From Octopus vulgaris (taxonomy: Eukaryota), in assembly GCA_951406725.2 (NCBI GenBank), contig OX597830.1:25420001-25484000 (forward strand): 64,000 bases of DNA. Direction: 5' to 3'. The notes beneath the pieces were generated by a model. The model was not told where the DNA came from, ran no database searches, and saw nothing but the letters and a program-made list of their open reading frames with translations. Shown piece by piece: positions 12,620 to 25,490 of the stretch (its first letter is position 1; each line of letters starts with the position of its first letter). Both the position numbers and the translations under genes were made by a program.

Positions 12620-12935
12620 AGGCAGAATCGTTAGCGGCATTTCGTCCGTCTTTACGTTCTGAGTTCAAATGCCACCGGGGTCAACTTTACCTTTCGTCCT
12701 TTCAGCTGCGTTAAAATAAATACTAGTTGAGCACTGGGGTTGATGTAATCGACTTCCCCCTCCCCTAAAATATTCAAGCTTTGTGCCTATCGTAGAAAGA
12801 ATTATTATAATTATTATTCAGGTGGCGAGGTGGAAGAATCGTTATCGCATCGAACAAAATGGCTAACTGCATTTCTTCCGGTTCTTTACATTCTGAATTC
12901 AAAATCTGCCGAATTTGACTTTGCCTTTCATTCTG
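12620..12935 (+). mobile_element. Two degenerate SINE family A copies
   Basis: ggcagaatcgttagc...gagttcaaat; ggtggcgaggtggaagaatcg...ctttgcctttcat. Confidence 0.75.
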
Positions 12936-13853
12936 TCCATACAACCACAACAGCATATACACATATAAACACACACACTCACACGCACACATTTACAGCA
13001 ATATACACACATACCTACACAGCCACAACAACATATACTCATACGTATACAACTACAGTGACATACACACATTAACATATACACACCCACAGCAAAATAC
13101 ACATACATATACTCATCGCGACACACATACAAACACACAAACACAACCACTCTAATACACGCAAATAAAACAATTTTGCCTATCATGCTTTCTGTATAGA
13201 TAGATGTAATGACATATATCTGATGGGTCCTTCGTGGGACGGACATGCAAGAGTTTTTAACCACAGGCAGAATGCTGTAACATCAGCAAGACAACACTAC
13301 GATTGAAAATAAAGACTGGATAGTTACGACAGAAATATTTCAGATAATAGGTCTACTCAATCAAAGCTGGCTTGTGGCTAAACAACAACGCCGGCAGTGA
13401 AAGGGACAATGTTAGATGTGGTTGAATCGTATCGGTTGCCTGTGCTTGTATATGTATGTCGTTCTCCGGTTCAAAAATGGGAACAACCACGTAGTCAAAA
13501 CGAATTTTCGCTCATTAGGAAAACATCCGAATACTTCGATAGCGACCTGGACCTTCCCTGAATCGAAGTAGACGTTGGAAGCTTTGATTAGCAGAAAGAA
13601 GAATAATTCAAAATAAATTTACATGATCTGGGTGTTTTCCTGAACTCAAAGAGAATCTTATATTTCGAAAAACCTTGATTCTTGAAATCATCTCCCCTTT
13701 TCATATGGAGCTGGTTTTAATACTATTTGGTAATTGTGATGCATCCTCCCGAGGCAAAGATAATTCTAATAAATCAAGCATTTACGTTGTATGGTATTTG
13801 ATGTACATGTATTTGACTATGTTATTCAAATATATGTCAATGATCATTCTGAG

Positions 13854-13954
<101 letters not shown>

Positions 13955-13994
13955 TGTATGTATGTATGTATGTATGTATGTATGTATGTATGCA

Positions 13995-14349
13995 TATATG
14001 GGTACAGGACGTCACCAACTGTGTAAACAACATGAAGTACGAAAACAAACGAGTTAAATACGCAAACAACGAAAGAAAAAATGGAAAACAGGACTAGTAA
14101 ACACAAAAAATGACCCTTCATCAGTTGTCAGCTGTCTATCAACTCCTCATTTCGAGCATGGGAGCAACTGTCATTGAAGACTCATATTGTCGTTGAATGT
14201 TCGAAATGAGGAGTAGATAGGCAACCGACAACTGATGAAGGGTCGTTCTTTGTGTCTACCTGTGTTTTCTCTCGTTGTTTGCTCATTTAACTCGTTTGTT
14301 TTCGTACTACATGTTGTTTACACAGTTGGTGACGTCCTGTACCCATATA

Positions 14350-14350
<1 letters not shown>
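13995..14350. mobile_element. Fold-back element in (TA)/(TATG)n
   Basis: atatgggtacaggacgtcaccaactgtgtaaacaacatg... vs ...catgttgtttacacagttggtgacgtcctgtacccatat; ~155-bp arms; contains CTGATGA and CGAAA blocks. Confidence 0.9.
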
Positions 14351-14387
<37 letters not shown>

Positions 14388-14451
14388 TATATTATTTATA
14401 TTATTATTTAATTGAACGCCACGCATCCATTTCCAACTACACACACACAGA

Positions 14452-14518
<67 letters not shown>

Positions 14519-15763
14519 TAATCTACGGATGGAATTTATAAATATTTTAATTCATCGCTACGCGCGTTTCCACAAATCACATATTTCTTACGAGCATTGT
14601 CCGTCTTCCTGAGATGATTACAGTACAGTTCATAGTATCCATGGACATCGGGTGGATCATAGTTCATGTGTTCATGTGTTCAGGTGATATTCTGAAGAAA
14701 TGAACAGATGAACTATACACACATGCGTGCGCGCGCAGAAACATACACACACTCTCTCTCTCTCACGCACATACTCACACACGCATATTCATTTCATTCT
14801 TCTGCGACCAACAAACAGACTGATGCCAGTTGTTTTTTGACCAAGGGAAAGTGGCAAATTATAATCTTAGATCGTTCTGAAATGAACATCAACAAAGGTA
14901 GCCGTCTCTAAACTTGTTTTGATACGGAGCCCTTATGGGATTTTCCAAAAATACCTACATTTTACGGACAAACTTCCCGTCATGCTAATTTGCATGAAAA
15001 GAAACCTTTTGCATACATAACATAGCTTTACTTTGAAATAGTGAGTACAATATTTTTTTATAAGACAATTAAATGTTACTAAAAGACTCCCTAGCTTATG
15101 GAAACGCAGAATTTTTTAACGGAACCCTGGTGTTCCTCGGAACCTACTTTGAGAAATAGTCCGCCAATGTATCCTCACGTTACAGAACCCTTGTCTTCAT
15201 GACAATCTTGTGCAACGTAGAATTCGGTAACGCGAAACGTTTTTCCACATTGACGTCCATGTCGCATTGAAACTAAAAGAAAATGTGTTTCGTGTTACGG
15301 AATCCTACGTTATGACAATTTTTAGGAACTGAAAGTTTCTGCAACGCAAGGTGGTGTGTTTATATGAATGTTGCCAGATGACAATTACACTATGGAAAAT
15401 CTCGTAATCACTGGATGAAATTCATTAATTTTTAAAAATTAATTGAAAGAAACTAATTTGTAATTAGGCATATTGGAAAAAATTAAATTATGTAATTAAT
15501 TGTTTCTGCTTTATTGTTATTTATTATGATTATTTCATTGTCATTTTCGATTTTGATGGACAAATTTGCTTTCTGGAATAAATATTTTAAGAAGGGAAAC
15601 GTATGTGGGAGATGAGACGGAGATGGACAGGAGGCACGAAAGAGTCTGGAAGCTATTGATCTAGAGATTCATAAACAACAACGACGACGATGATACCACA
15701 TCAACCGGCACCAGCACCACCACCAGCACCAGCACCACCAGCACCACCAGCACCACCAGCACC

Positions 15764-15794
<31 letters not shown>

Positions 15795-15832
15795 CCACCA
15801 CCACCACCACCACCACCACCACCACCACCACC

Positions 15833-15916
<84 letters not shown>

Positions 15917-16144
15917 ACCATCTCCATTGCCACAGGTACCACCACCACCACCACCACCACCAACACCACTACCACCACCAACACCACTACCACCACCACC
16001 ACCACCACAACTACCACCACCACAACTACCACCACCACCAACACCAACACCACTACTACTACTATTACTACCATCTCCATTGCCACAGGTACCACCACCA
16101 CCACCACCACCACCACCACCACTACTGCGGCGGCATCAGTGATG

Positions 16145-16575
16145 TAGAAGCTTCTAACTGGAATAATTGGAAAGAAGGTGTACGGCCATCTTGAATGAAA
16201 TGAACTGCCAGTAGACGAACAGAAAAGCTGCAGGAAGGGATCACGAGGAACAAAGGATCTGTTGCTGATAGATAAAGCAATTTTGAGGATGACATATGAT
16301 AAGGTTCTAAAATTCCTGGAGGTGGTCATGGCAGCTAAAAATGTTATATTTATTCAAAAACAGAATGAGGAATTGGAAGACCGTTTTGACAGTAGGTAGA
16401 AGGGAAATTGGACAAGTCGATTCCAAGAAGAGAGGAATCTTTCAAGGAGACACGGTGTCACCCCTACTGTTTATTGTTAGTATGTTACCGCTCTCCATGG
16501 TTCTGAGGAAGATGGGAGCGGGTTACAAAATGCAGAAAAGCAAGAGACTAATTAACCAACTACTATTTATGGACG
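16145..16575 (+). pseudogene. Decayed reverse transcriptase fragment of R4/Dong-like non-LTR retrotransposon
   Basis: Translates to EQKSCRKGSRGTKDLLLIDK and RGIFQGDTVSPLLF...INQLLFMD, typical R4-clade RT motifs; stops and deletions present. Confidence 0.85.
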
Positions 16576-16667
16576 GTTATCCTACACTCGCCCCAGGACG
16601 CTGGGTGTGCCTCGGCAACTGATTGTAACAAAAACGCAGATTAAAAGTAAATAACAATAATAATAAT

Positions 16668-16882
16668 CCTTTCTACTGAAGGCATAAGGTGTGAACTTTT
16701 TTGGGGAGGGGACTAGTTGGATTACATCGACCTCAGTATTTCACTGGTACTTAATTTATTGACCTCGAAAGAATGAAAGGCAAATTCGACCTCGGCAGAA
16801 TTTGAACCCAGAACGTTAAGACGGACGAAATGCCGCTAAGCATTTTACCCGGTGCGCTAACGATTCTGCCAGCTCACCGTCT
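16668..16882 (-). mobile_element. SINE family A
   Basis: Reverse complement of family A consensus. Confidence 0.88.
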
Positions 16883-16883
16883 C

Positions 16884-16964
<81 letters not shown>

Positions 16965-16968
<4 letters not shown>

Positions 16969-17523
16969 GCCCTGATGCAGTGCCAGACAGTGGTTCACGT
17001 GGCTTCTGATCTTAACTGATTGGAAGTGTTATCATGAACATTGTTTTGTCTTGGTATAAAAGATGGGCTACAGCAAATATTCTGCTCAATACCACAGATT
17101 TGTTTGTCAGTTGTTTGATCTTAGCCAGTTGAGTATGTCCCTTAGTGGCTGACGATATGTGCATCTCTGATCACGAGCAGAAGTAGTGGGGGAACATCAT
17201 AGCTATGTGTTGAGAGGGATTCTTTGGGGTTTGAATAATTCACCTCTGGAAACATGGGTGTTTCGCTCAACATCCTTAAACAACTCTTATTCAGGGACCT
17301 TTTGAGCCGGATGGGTTACTCGACCAGAAGAAAATTTTAACTGGGCCCCACCTGCTAGGTCATGAGCTGTTTATCTTGATATGAGATCACCATGTCGCGC
17401 ACATATGGTTGTGATGCATGTGCCTAGTGTACCCTTATCAGACGGGTAGTCATGATGGGTATACTGGGCTTCGTATATTTTACCCCAGTGTCACTTTGAT
17501 GGCATGCACTGCTCTCTCACTCA
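16965..17523 (+). mobile_element. Full copy of (AAT)n-flanked family D
   Basis: aaatgccctgatgcag...ctctctcactc, (AAT)n on both sides; other copies at 1-82, 4815-4970, 11968-12529, 55415-55735. Confidence 0.88.
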
Positions 17524-17528
17524 ATAAT

Positions 17529-17578
<50 letters not shown>

Positions 17579-17629
17579 TAATTATTATTAAAACAACAAC
17601 AACAACAACAATAATAATAATAGTAATAA

Positions 17630-17842
17630 TCCTTTCAATTACAGGCTCAAGGACTGAATTTTGGGAGTAGAGGTTAAGTCGATTACATCGATCCCAGTAC
17701 TCAACTGGTACTTAATTTATCGACCCTGAAAGATGAAAGGCAATGTCGACCTCGGCAGAATTTGAACTCAGAACGGAGCGACTGGCGAAATACCGCTAAG
17801 CATTTCGTCAAATGTGCTAACGATTCTGCCAGCTCACCGCCT
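17630..17842 (-). mobile_element. SINE family A
   Basis: Reverse complement of family A consensus. Confidence 0.88.
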
Positions 17843-17853
17843 TAATAATAATG

Positions 17854-17910
<57 letters not shown>

Positions 17911-17939
17911 TTAACAACATCAACAATGAAAGTAGCAAT

Positions 17940-17991
<52 letters not shown>

Positions 17992-18919
17992 AATGATGAT
18001 AATGATGATGATGGTGATGATGATGATGATGATGATATTAAAAAAAAGGACAGCAATGTTACCTGAAAGTTGGCTGCAGGTAAGAAAGGTAGGTTAACAG
18101 AGGCACAAATTGTAAAATCTTAAGATTACTTCCCCTCCTCTCTCTCTCTCTCACTCTAACTCTCACGCGCTCTCTCTATCAAATACACAGGCGCACACAC
18201 ATACACGCACCTACATACACACATATGCATCTATATATTTAAATGCGCGCGTACGCATTCCTCCCGCCATAATGAAAGCTGCTAATCTGTTCTCATAGAG
18301 TGAGAGGTCATAGCGATCAGTTTTGAAACTCTTTCTTTCATCATCCAGAGCATGTGACTAGCAAACCACTCACCCACCCTTCACACCATCAACGTTTTAA
18401 ATAGAAATAGGACATGAGAAGACGAAGAAGGAGAAGAGTAGTAGTAGTAGTAGGAGAACGAAGAGGAGAAGGAGAATAAGAATAAGAAAAAATATGGACT
18501 CTTGACATCTTACGTCCTTCGGTTAGGTTCTCATACCTAAAGCAACTTCAGTCCTAATCAGTGAGAAGATTAGATAAAAATTAAGGTCCTGGGAAAACAA
18601 TAAAGAAAGACAGAAAAAAGGGGGAAAAGAGGGAGAGAGGGAAAGAGAGAGAGGTGGGTTATCGGGAGGAAGGGTGAGATAAGGTGAGATATGACGGGTT
18701 AGAGGCGAAGAGCGTCAGGTAGATAGGGTTAGGGTGTTTAGTTTCAAATCAATGATAAGAGCTGAAAACGTTAAAATAATTGAGTTTAAATCATGCAACG
18801 AAGTAAAAGTATTTTATTTAGTTCATCACCTCAATTGACGAACAATAAACATTTTAATTTCTAGGATAAAGCACAAATCTCCGTGCCATAGTACTGCTTT
18901 CAGTCTCTCATTATATATG

Positions 18920-18980
<61 letters not shown>

Positions 18981-18983
<3 letters not shown>

Positions 18984-19258
18984 GGTTGTATACTGTCAAT
19001 CTAACACGAACGTGACAGTAGGGGGTAGACCACCGCTGTATAGCCCTAGGAAGCATCGAACGCCTCCTGATGGCTTTGACACATTTTTCCCTGTGTCCTT
19101 ATATACATAAGCCATCAGGAGGCGTTCGATGCTTCCTAGGGCTATACAGCGGTGGTCTACCCCCCTACTGTCACGTTCGTGTTAGATTGACAGTATACAA
19201 CCATTCTATCGCCCACCACCGTACATGTCTCTACGAGAGATTTAGAAATTCAGTATTT

Positions 19259-19260
<2 letters not shown>
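18981..19260. mobile_element. Young fold-back element in (TA)n
   Basis: 18981-19076 vs 19109-19205 differ only by one base in a G/C run; 32-nt loop; ~55-nt unpaired 3' extension; (TA)n on both sides. Confidence 0.95.
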
Positions 19261-19335
<75 letters not shown>

Positions 19336-19551
19336 ATGTATATATGTGTGTGTGTGTGTGTATAAGTTTGTGTGTCTTTGTTTGTCCCCCCCCAACATCG
19401 CTTGAAACCCATGTTGGTATGTTTATGTAACTTAGTGGTTCGGCAAAAGACACCGGTAGAATAAGTACTAGTCTTACAAAGAATAAGTCCTGGGGTCGAT
19501 TTGTTCGACTAAAAGAGGTCCTCCAGCATGGCCGTAGTCAATTGTCTGTAA

Positions 19552-19578
19552 CTCGGGCAACGCCGGGTAACTCTGCTA

Positions 19579-19579
<1 letters not shown>
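19552..19579 (+). mobile_element. Isolated Helitron 3' terminus
   Basis: Hairpin ctcgggcaacgccggg followed by CTAG then T; similar to the terminus at 56551-56578. Confidence 0.7.
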
Positions 19580-19618
<39 letters not shown>

Positions 19619-19876
19619 ACACACACACATATACATACACACACGCGCACACAAACACACGCACACGTATACAAACATGTATGCATTTACAAACACTTAC
19701 ACATATATAAATACGCCAAGCGAGCATGCGCAAGTTGATGACCTCCACTGTTAGAAGGTTTATGGACGCTGATTTGTGCGTCATAGAGCTAGCGACAGGC
19801 GATCGCCTCTCGGAGCTAATCAGCAGCATTCGTCCTTTTTCTGTGGACTGCCACGTTAGTTTGGCAATGTATATTA

Positions 19877-19907
<31 letters not shown>

Positions 19908-20155
19908 CATGCGTCCACACATACACACATACATATGCATACAATGCATATGATTTATGACTCCATTTGTAAATTCTGGGATATGAGTAAGACCGATAAA
20001 TGTTCCATACAATGCCATCTATTTCTCTTGCTAAACTGCTTCCAAGATTTTTAAAATATTTTCTACGGCTGCAAGTTGTACTAATAGCAATTCATATAAA
20101 ACAACACCTGTAACAAGAAAACCTGACAACATTTTGATCAGAAATAAATAAACAA

Positions 20156-20563
20156 GCAGGAGTGGCTGTATGGTAAGTAGCTTGCTTACCAACCACTTGG
20201 TGCCGGGTTCATTTCCACTGCGTGGCACCTTGGGTAAGTATCTTCTACTATAGCCTCGGGCCGACCAAAGCCTTGTGAGTGGATTTGGTAGGCGAAAACT
20301 GAAAGAAGCCCGTCGTATATATGTATACATATATATATAGGCATGTGTGTATATGTTTGTGTGTCTGTGTTTGTCCCCCCAACATCCCATGACAACCGAT
20401 GGTGGTGTGTTTACGTCCCCGTAACTTAACGGTTCGGCAAAAAAGAGCGATAGAATAAGTACTAGGCTTACAAAGAATAAGTCCTGAGGTCGACTTGCTC
20501 GACTAAGGGCGGTGCTCCAATATGGCCGCAGTCAAATGATTGAAACAAGTAAAAGAGTAAAAG
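20156..20563 (+). mobile_element. Full-length SINE family B
   Basis: gcaggagtggctgtatggtaag...gggttcatttcc...internal microsatellite...aagtaaaagagtaaaaga. Confidence 0.92.
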
Positions 20564-21099
20564 AGGGCCGTATACCAAACTTCCACGTCCAACACCTCTT
20601 TCAACTAAATTTTATTAGTGTGGAGCCAGCGATCATCGAAGTACGAAGATATCCTCATAGAACAGTTACTTACAGTGCAATGTTTGCTTAATTGATAGAA
20701 ACAAAGAATTTATTTTTAGTTGGTCATAGGTGAGACAGACTTTGATAAGACGATTTAACTTAAAGTACAATATTTATTTAATTGACAAGCATACAATCTG
20801 TTGTTGGTTAAACAGTCATACAAGTTAGCAATTTTCCCTGTCGGTCAGCGATAGGAAAAAAAAACACGATGATTTACTGAGCAGGAATAGGCAACCGTTG
20901 TCATGAGACGTAGTCTATCATCAGTCGGGCCGCACTACTTAAGAGAGAGAGAGAAAAAAAAAAAAGAAAAGAAAAGAAAAAATGAAATTAAGGTAACATT
21001 TCGTTAGGCGTGTCATTGAGCAACTCTCGCGGGCCGCAGTTTGGCCATGATTGATTTACAGAAAAAGAATGAAATGGTAACTTTTGAAATATTTCTCTT

Positions 21100-21517
21100 C
21101 AGACATGGCTGTCTGGTAAAGAAGCTTGCTTGTAGTAAGAAGTTTGCTTTCCTACCACATGGTTCTTGGTTCAGTTCCACTGCGTGACACCATGGGCTAG
21201 TTTCATCTACCGTGGCCTCAGACCGACCAAAGCATTGTGAGTGGATTTGGTTGACGGAAACTGAAAGGCGGCGAGCTGGCAGAAGCGTTAGCACGCCGGG
21301 CGATATGCTTAGCGATATTTCGTCTGTCGCTACGTTCTGAGTTCAAATTCCGCCGAGGTCAACTTTGTCTTTCATCCTTTCGGGGGTCGATAAATTAAGT
21401 ACCAGTTACGCACTGGGGTCGGTGTAATCGATTTAATACCTTTGTCTGTCCTTGTTTGTTCTCTGTATGTTTAGCCCCTTGTGGGCAATAAAGAAATAGG
21501 AAACTGAAAGGAGCCCG

Positions 21518-21520
<3 letters not shown>
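21100..21520 (+). mobile_element. SINE A (21266-21498) nested in SINE B with target-site duplication
   Basis: ggaaactgaaag at 21256-21267 and again at 21499-21510. Confidence 0.9.
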
Positions 21521-21557
<37 letters not shown>

Positions 21558-21674
21558 GGTCTGAGTAATAAGTTACACACAGAGTAAAGCCAAGCGGATT
21601 TACCCTGCGTGCTTTAGCTTCGTTAATATGGCAGCAATCCGTATACTTATTGATCAGATCTCCCTCCCCCCCTA

Positions 21675-21714
<40 letters not shown>

Positions 21715-21715
21715 A

Positions 21716-21875
21716 TCCGAAAACTATAGTATTAAATATTCATCACTGCTGATCTTACCAATCGCTTTCGCGTAAAGAATACAACGGAATGTATTCTTTA
21801 CACGAAGCTAGTTGGTAAGATCAGCGGTGATGGATATCTAATACTATAGTTTTCGGATAATATACCCACTCTACT
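21716..21875. mobile_element. Fold-back element adjacent to (TA)n
   Basis: atccgaaaactatagtatta...aaagaataca / tgtattcttt...taatactatagttttcggat; ~68-bp arms, ~6-nt loop. Confidence 0.88.
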
Positions 21876-22349
21876 GACAGATATCGGCGGAATTTGATCT
21901 CAGAACGGGAAGACAGACGAAATGCCGCTAAGCGGCTTTGCCTGGCATGTTAGCGACTCTGCCAGCTCGCTACCTTAAGGTACCTGACAATATTACGTTG
22001 CATGTCGTATGTTCGTGCCTTTATAACCATCTCTTATGTATATCTGTTTGATAAATACTCACACATGCATATACACAAACATATTGGCACCCCCACAACA
22101 TATTCCGAAAAATTCTTGGTTAAAGAACGTTCGATAGAGTACTAAATGCATATCAAATTGCAGAGTTTACATATTTTATTTGAATATTCGTTCTACTATT
22201 GATATCACCCAGTTCATGCTCAACATCGATAAATATATTGTCATCTTGTTGTAAGCAAATGACTATTTTTTTACTGGTATTTTTCCGATTTTTTTCTTTT
22301 TGCTGTGATTTTACCTAATTGAATATGCTTTATGAGAATCCCGATAACT

Positions 22350-23544
22350 AGGTTACAACTAGGCGATTGGCACCGCGAGTGTCGCGTTGCTCTCAAGCAA
22401 CTCTGCCGTCCCGGGTCGACCTTGAGTGACTTCAACACAACCAAAGCATTCTATAGGGGATTAGTGGAGGGGAGGTACGACGACGAGCTCGGGGCGAACC
22501 TGGACGTCGACGAGGAGTACCTGACCCGCCTGTTCAGGACGACTTTCGGGCCAGGGCCCATGGACAACTTCCAGAGATCCCTGGCCTGGCAGTGCTACCG
22601 AGAAGCGCTACCCGTTCGGGATAAGCTCTACAGACACGGCTCGAGAAACACGGGGCCGACCTGCCCGAGATGCGGTCAGAGCGACGAAACCGTTCTGCAC
22701 GCACTCGTGCAGTGTCCAACAATTTCCGACCTGTGGGCTTATGTCGAACAACTGCTGTCACGTGTGGGACGAGTCGGTTTATCAGCTGAGTCTATCGTCA
22801 ATATTGTCACGCCTCCTTCCTTCAAACGGGAAGGAAGAGCTATTTTCATCATCCTTGTGGCTATGGCGAAAGAATGTATCTGGTGGACGCGTCTGAAAGG
22901 ATTGTAGACAAACACTTTCCTCTCTGGTCAATCTCTCATCAACTTCTTCAAGTACCACTTGAAAAGGAAAGTGAGAGTAGAGAGGCAAGTTTTGTCTAGC
23001 GAATGTTTTAAAAAAGATGGGTGAATGTAGCAAGGATGGCACGTATGAATGACGAAGCCACCTTGAGCATAATCCTATGAACCCAGAAATTGAAAACAGA
23101 GGGTTACCCACTTGCAAACAAATGTGGTAACATATAACAATACTGACCAAGGTTACCGTGGTCTTTTTCGTAGGCTTTTCTTCCCACGGATAAACCTTAC
23201 TTGCTATCCCCTTTACACCATATATCATAACACTGTGATACACGATCCCTATTGATCGTTCTTTTTTTCCTCTTCCCCTTTTTTTCCCCTTTTTTCTTCT
23301 TTTTTCATTTCTCTTTCCTTTTGTTCCTTTTCCTTTCCTTTTTTTTCCTTTTATTCTTTTTATTTTATTCAATTTTTTTTTTGTTTTTGTTCTTTTCTTT
23401 CCCTTTTACGATCCCTCTTGATCGAAAACCTACGCCACCCCTTTTTTTTTCTTTTGCTTTTTGTTCTCTTCATCCCCCAAAAGAAAAGCTCTACCTTGTA
23501 ACTTGTCCCATCTGTGTGCAGCCCTGTGTGGCCAATAAAGAAAC

Positions 23545-23545
<1 letters not shown>
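22350..23545 (+). mobile_element. 5'-truncated L1/Tx1-like LINE: ORF2 C-terminus with CCHC knuckle, 3' UTR, AATAAA, (ATCT)n
   Basis: ORF 22332-22907 has W...ALPVRDKL...CPRCGQSDETVLHALVQC (C-x2-C-x8-H-x4-C); GC-rich island; T-rich UTR; aataaa at 23534. Confidence 0.85.
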
Positions 23546-23610
<65 letters not shown>

Positions 23611-23615
23611 CTATC

Positions 23616-23707
<92 letters not shown>

Positions 23708-23867
23708 CGCGGCAGGTGCAGATGAGGGCAGCTGCATCAAATTCTCTCATGTACCAAATGTTAATTCCTAAAAAGCATTCATGAAGTAGTAAAGTTATGT
23801 AGCAACAACAAATGGCAGTGCCCCTGCATGGCCACAGCTCGTGAGCTGAAACTAGATAAAAAAATCC

Positions 23868-24024
<157 letters not shown>

Positions 24025-24460
24025 CATGCATACAAGCATACATGCACACATAAATATATGCATACATACATATATGCATTCATATATGCATGTTACATAT
24101 ATGCAATACTTACATATTACATACATATATACATGCATGCATACATAATACATACACATACATACATACAATCATACATACATACATACACACACACATA
24201 CATACATACATACATACATACATAGATACAATGCAATTTATCTTCTAGAATGAAATTCTAACGAGAACTAGGGTCCTATGCCTGCAGTGGTTCACATGCT
24301 AGTTAACCCATAGCTAGACCCTAACAGTTGCTACTATCCTGAGTTAAATTTGACTTGGAAACAATAGTGGCTAAGGGCTGGTTCCACGCTCCTCATAATC
24401 TTGGAACTTCCGCACCAGGGTCCCACCCCCGGATCCAGTTTAACGACATACACACATATA

Positions 24461-24702
24461 CAGGTTTGGCCAAAGGTCACCTGACAGTAAATCAAAACCC
24501 ATTTAATTCCAAGATTAAAACAAAACATTATCTTATATGAGACTTCGCTAATGAATAGACAAATGTTGAGAGAAAAAAAACGGTGATTTTAACTCACAGC
24601 ATTCAATTATTAAACATACATAATTGGAATGAATATATAAAATTAAATATTAAGTATTTATGGACTTTTGATTTACTGTTGGGTGACTTTTGACCAACCC
24701 TG
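24461..24702. mobile_element. Tc1/mariner-like MITE
   Basis: TIRs caggtttggccaaaggtcacc / ggtgacttttgaccaaccctg (18 of 21 match), TA on both sides. Confidence 0.8.
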
Positions 24703-24711
24703 TATATATTG

Positions 24712-24922
24712 ATTTCAAATTTTGGCACAAAGACAGCAATTTTAAGTGAGGGTTAAGTCGAATACACCGACCTCAGTGTTCAGGTGGTACTTATTTTATC
24801 GAACTCGAAAAGACGAAAGGCAAAGTCGACCTTGGCGGAATTTGAATTCAGAACGTAAAGACGGACAAAATGCCGCTAAGAATTTCACCTGCCATGCTAA
24901 CAATTTTGCCTGCTCGCTGCCT
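24712..24922 (-). mobile_element. SINE family A
   Basis: Reverse complement of family A consensus. Confidence 0.85.
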
Positions 24923-24937
24923 TAAATACATACATAT

Positions 24938-25292
24938 AACAAGAGTGCAAACCTCCGCCAAGGCAACACCACCGTCCTCTCAACGATTAGCCGGAGATGA
25001 TTTTTAAAATGAGAATATCTGAAATATACACGACTGCTCTCACAAACGAGAATACTAAAAATGAACCTGACCGCTCTCAAAAATTAAGTTAAAAACCGGA
25101 AAAAATAATCCAGAAACCTTCTCCGGTACCGGATCGATCCCCAAATCTAATCAGTTTGTTGCCAGTCACGAGGCAAAAACATCCCTGAAAGTTTCATCCG
25201 AATCCATCCAATAATTCTTGAGATATCATGTCCACGGACAAACAAACACGACTGAAAACAATACCTCCGCCTTTGCTAAGGCAGAGTTAATA
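24938..25292. mobile_element. Probable Helentron-associated (DINE-1/HINE-like) non-autonomous element
   Basis: Starts aacaagag, repeated acctccgcc, terminal hairpin cctccgcctttgctaaggcagag; internal gaaagtttcatccgaatcc...ttgagatatc...acggacaaac. Confidence 0.5.
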
Positions 25293-25457
25293 ACAGATTC
25301 CTACGTACGTACGTTAATACATACATACATACATACATACATACATACATACATACATACATACATACATGCATACATACATACATGCATATATACATAC
25401 ATACATACATACAAACATACATACATGCATACATACATACATACATACATACATACA

Positions 25458-25490
<33 letters not shown>

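Noticed and set aside
14198-14250. Circularly permuted (type II) hammerhead from CGAAA...CTGATGA order, also at 48620-48660 (-)
   Set aside because: Could not build stems II and III by eye; left as unexplained core-like words.
15661-16142. Poly-Pro/formin- or extensin-like ORF
   Set aside because: Compound (CCA)/(CTA)/(AAT) microsatellite with a local duplication; no splice or domain context.
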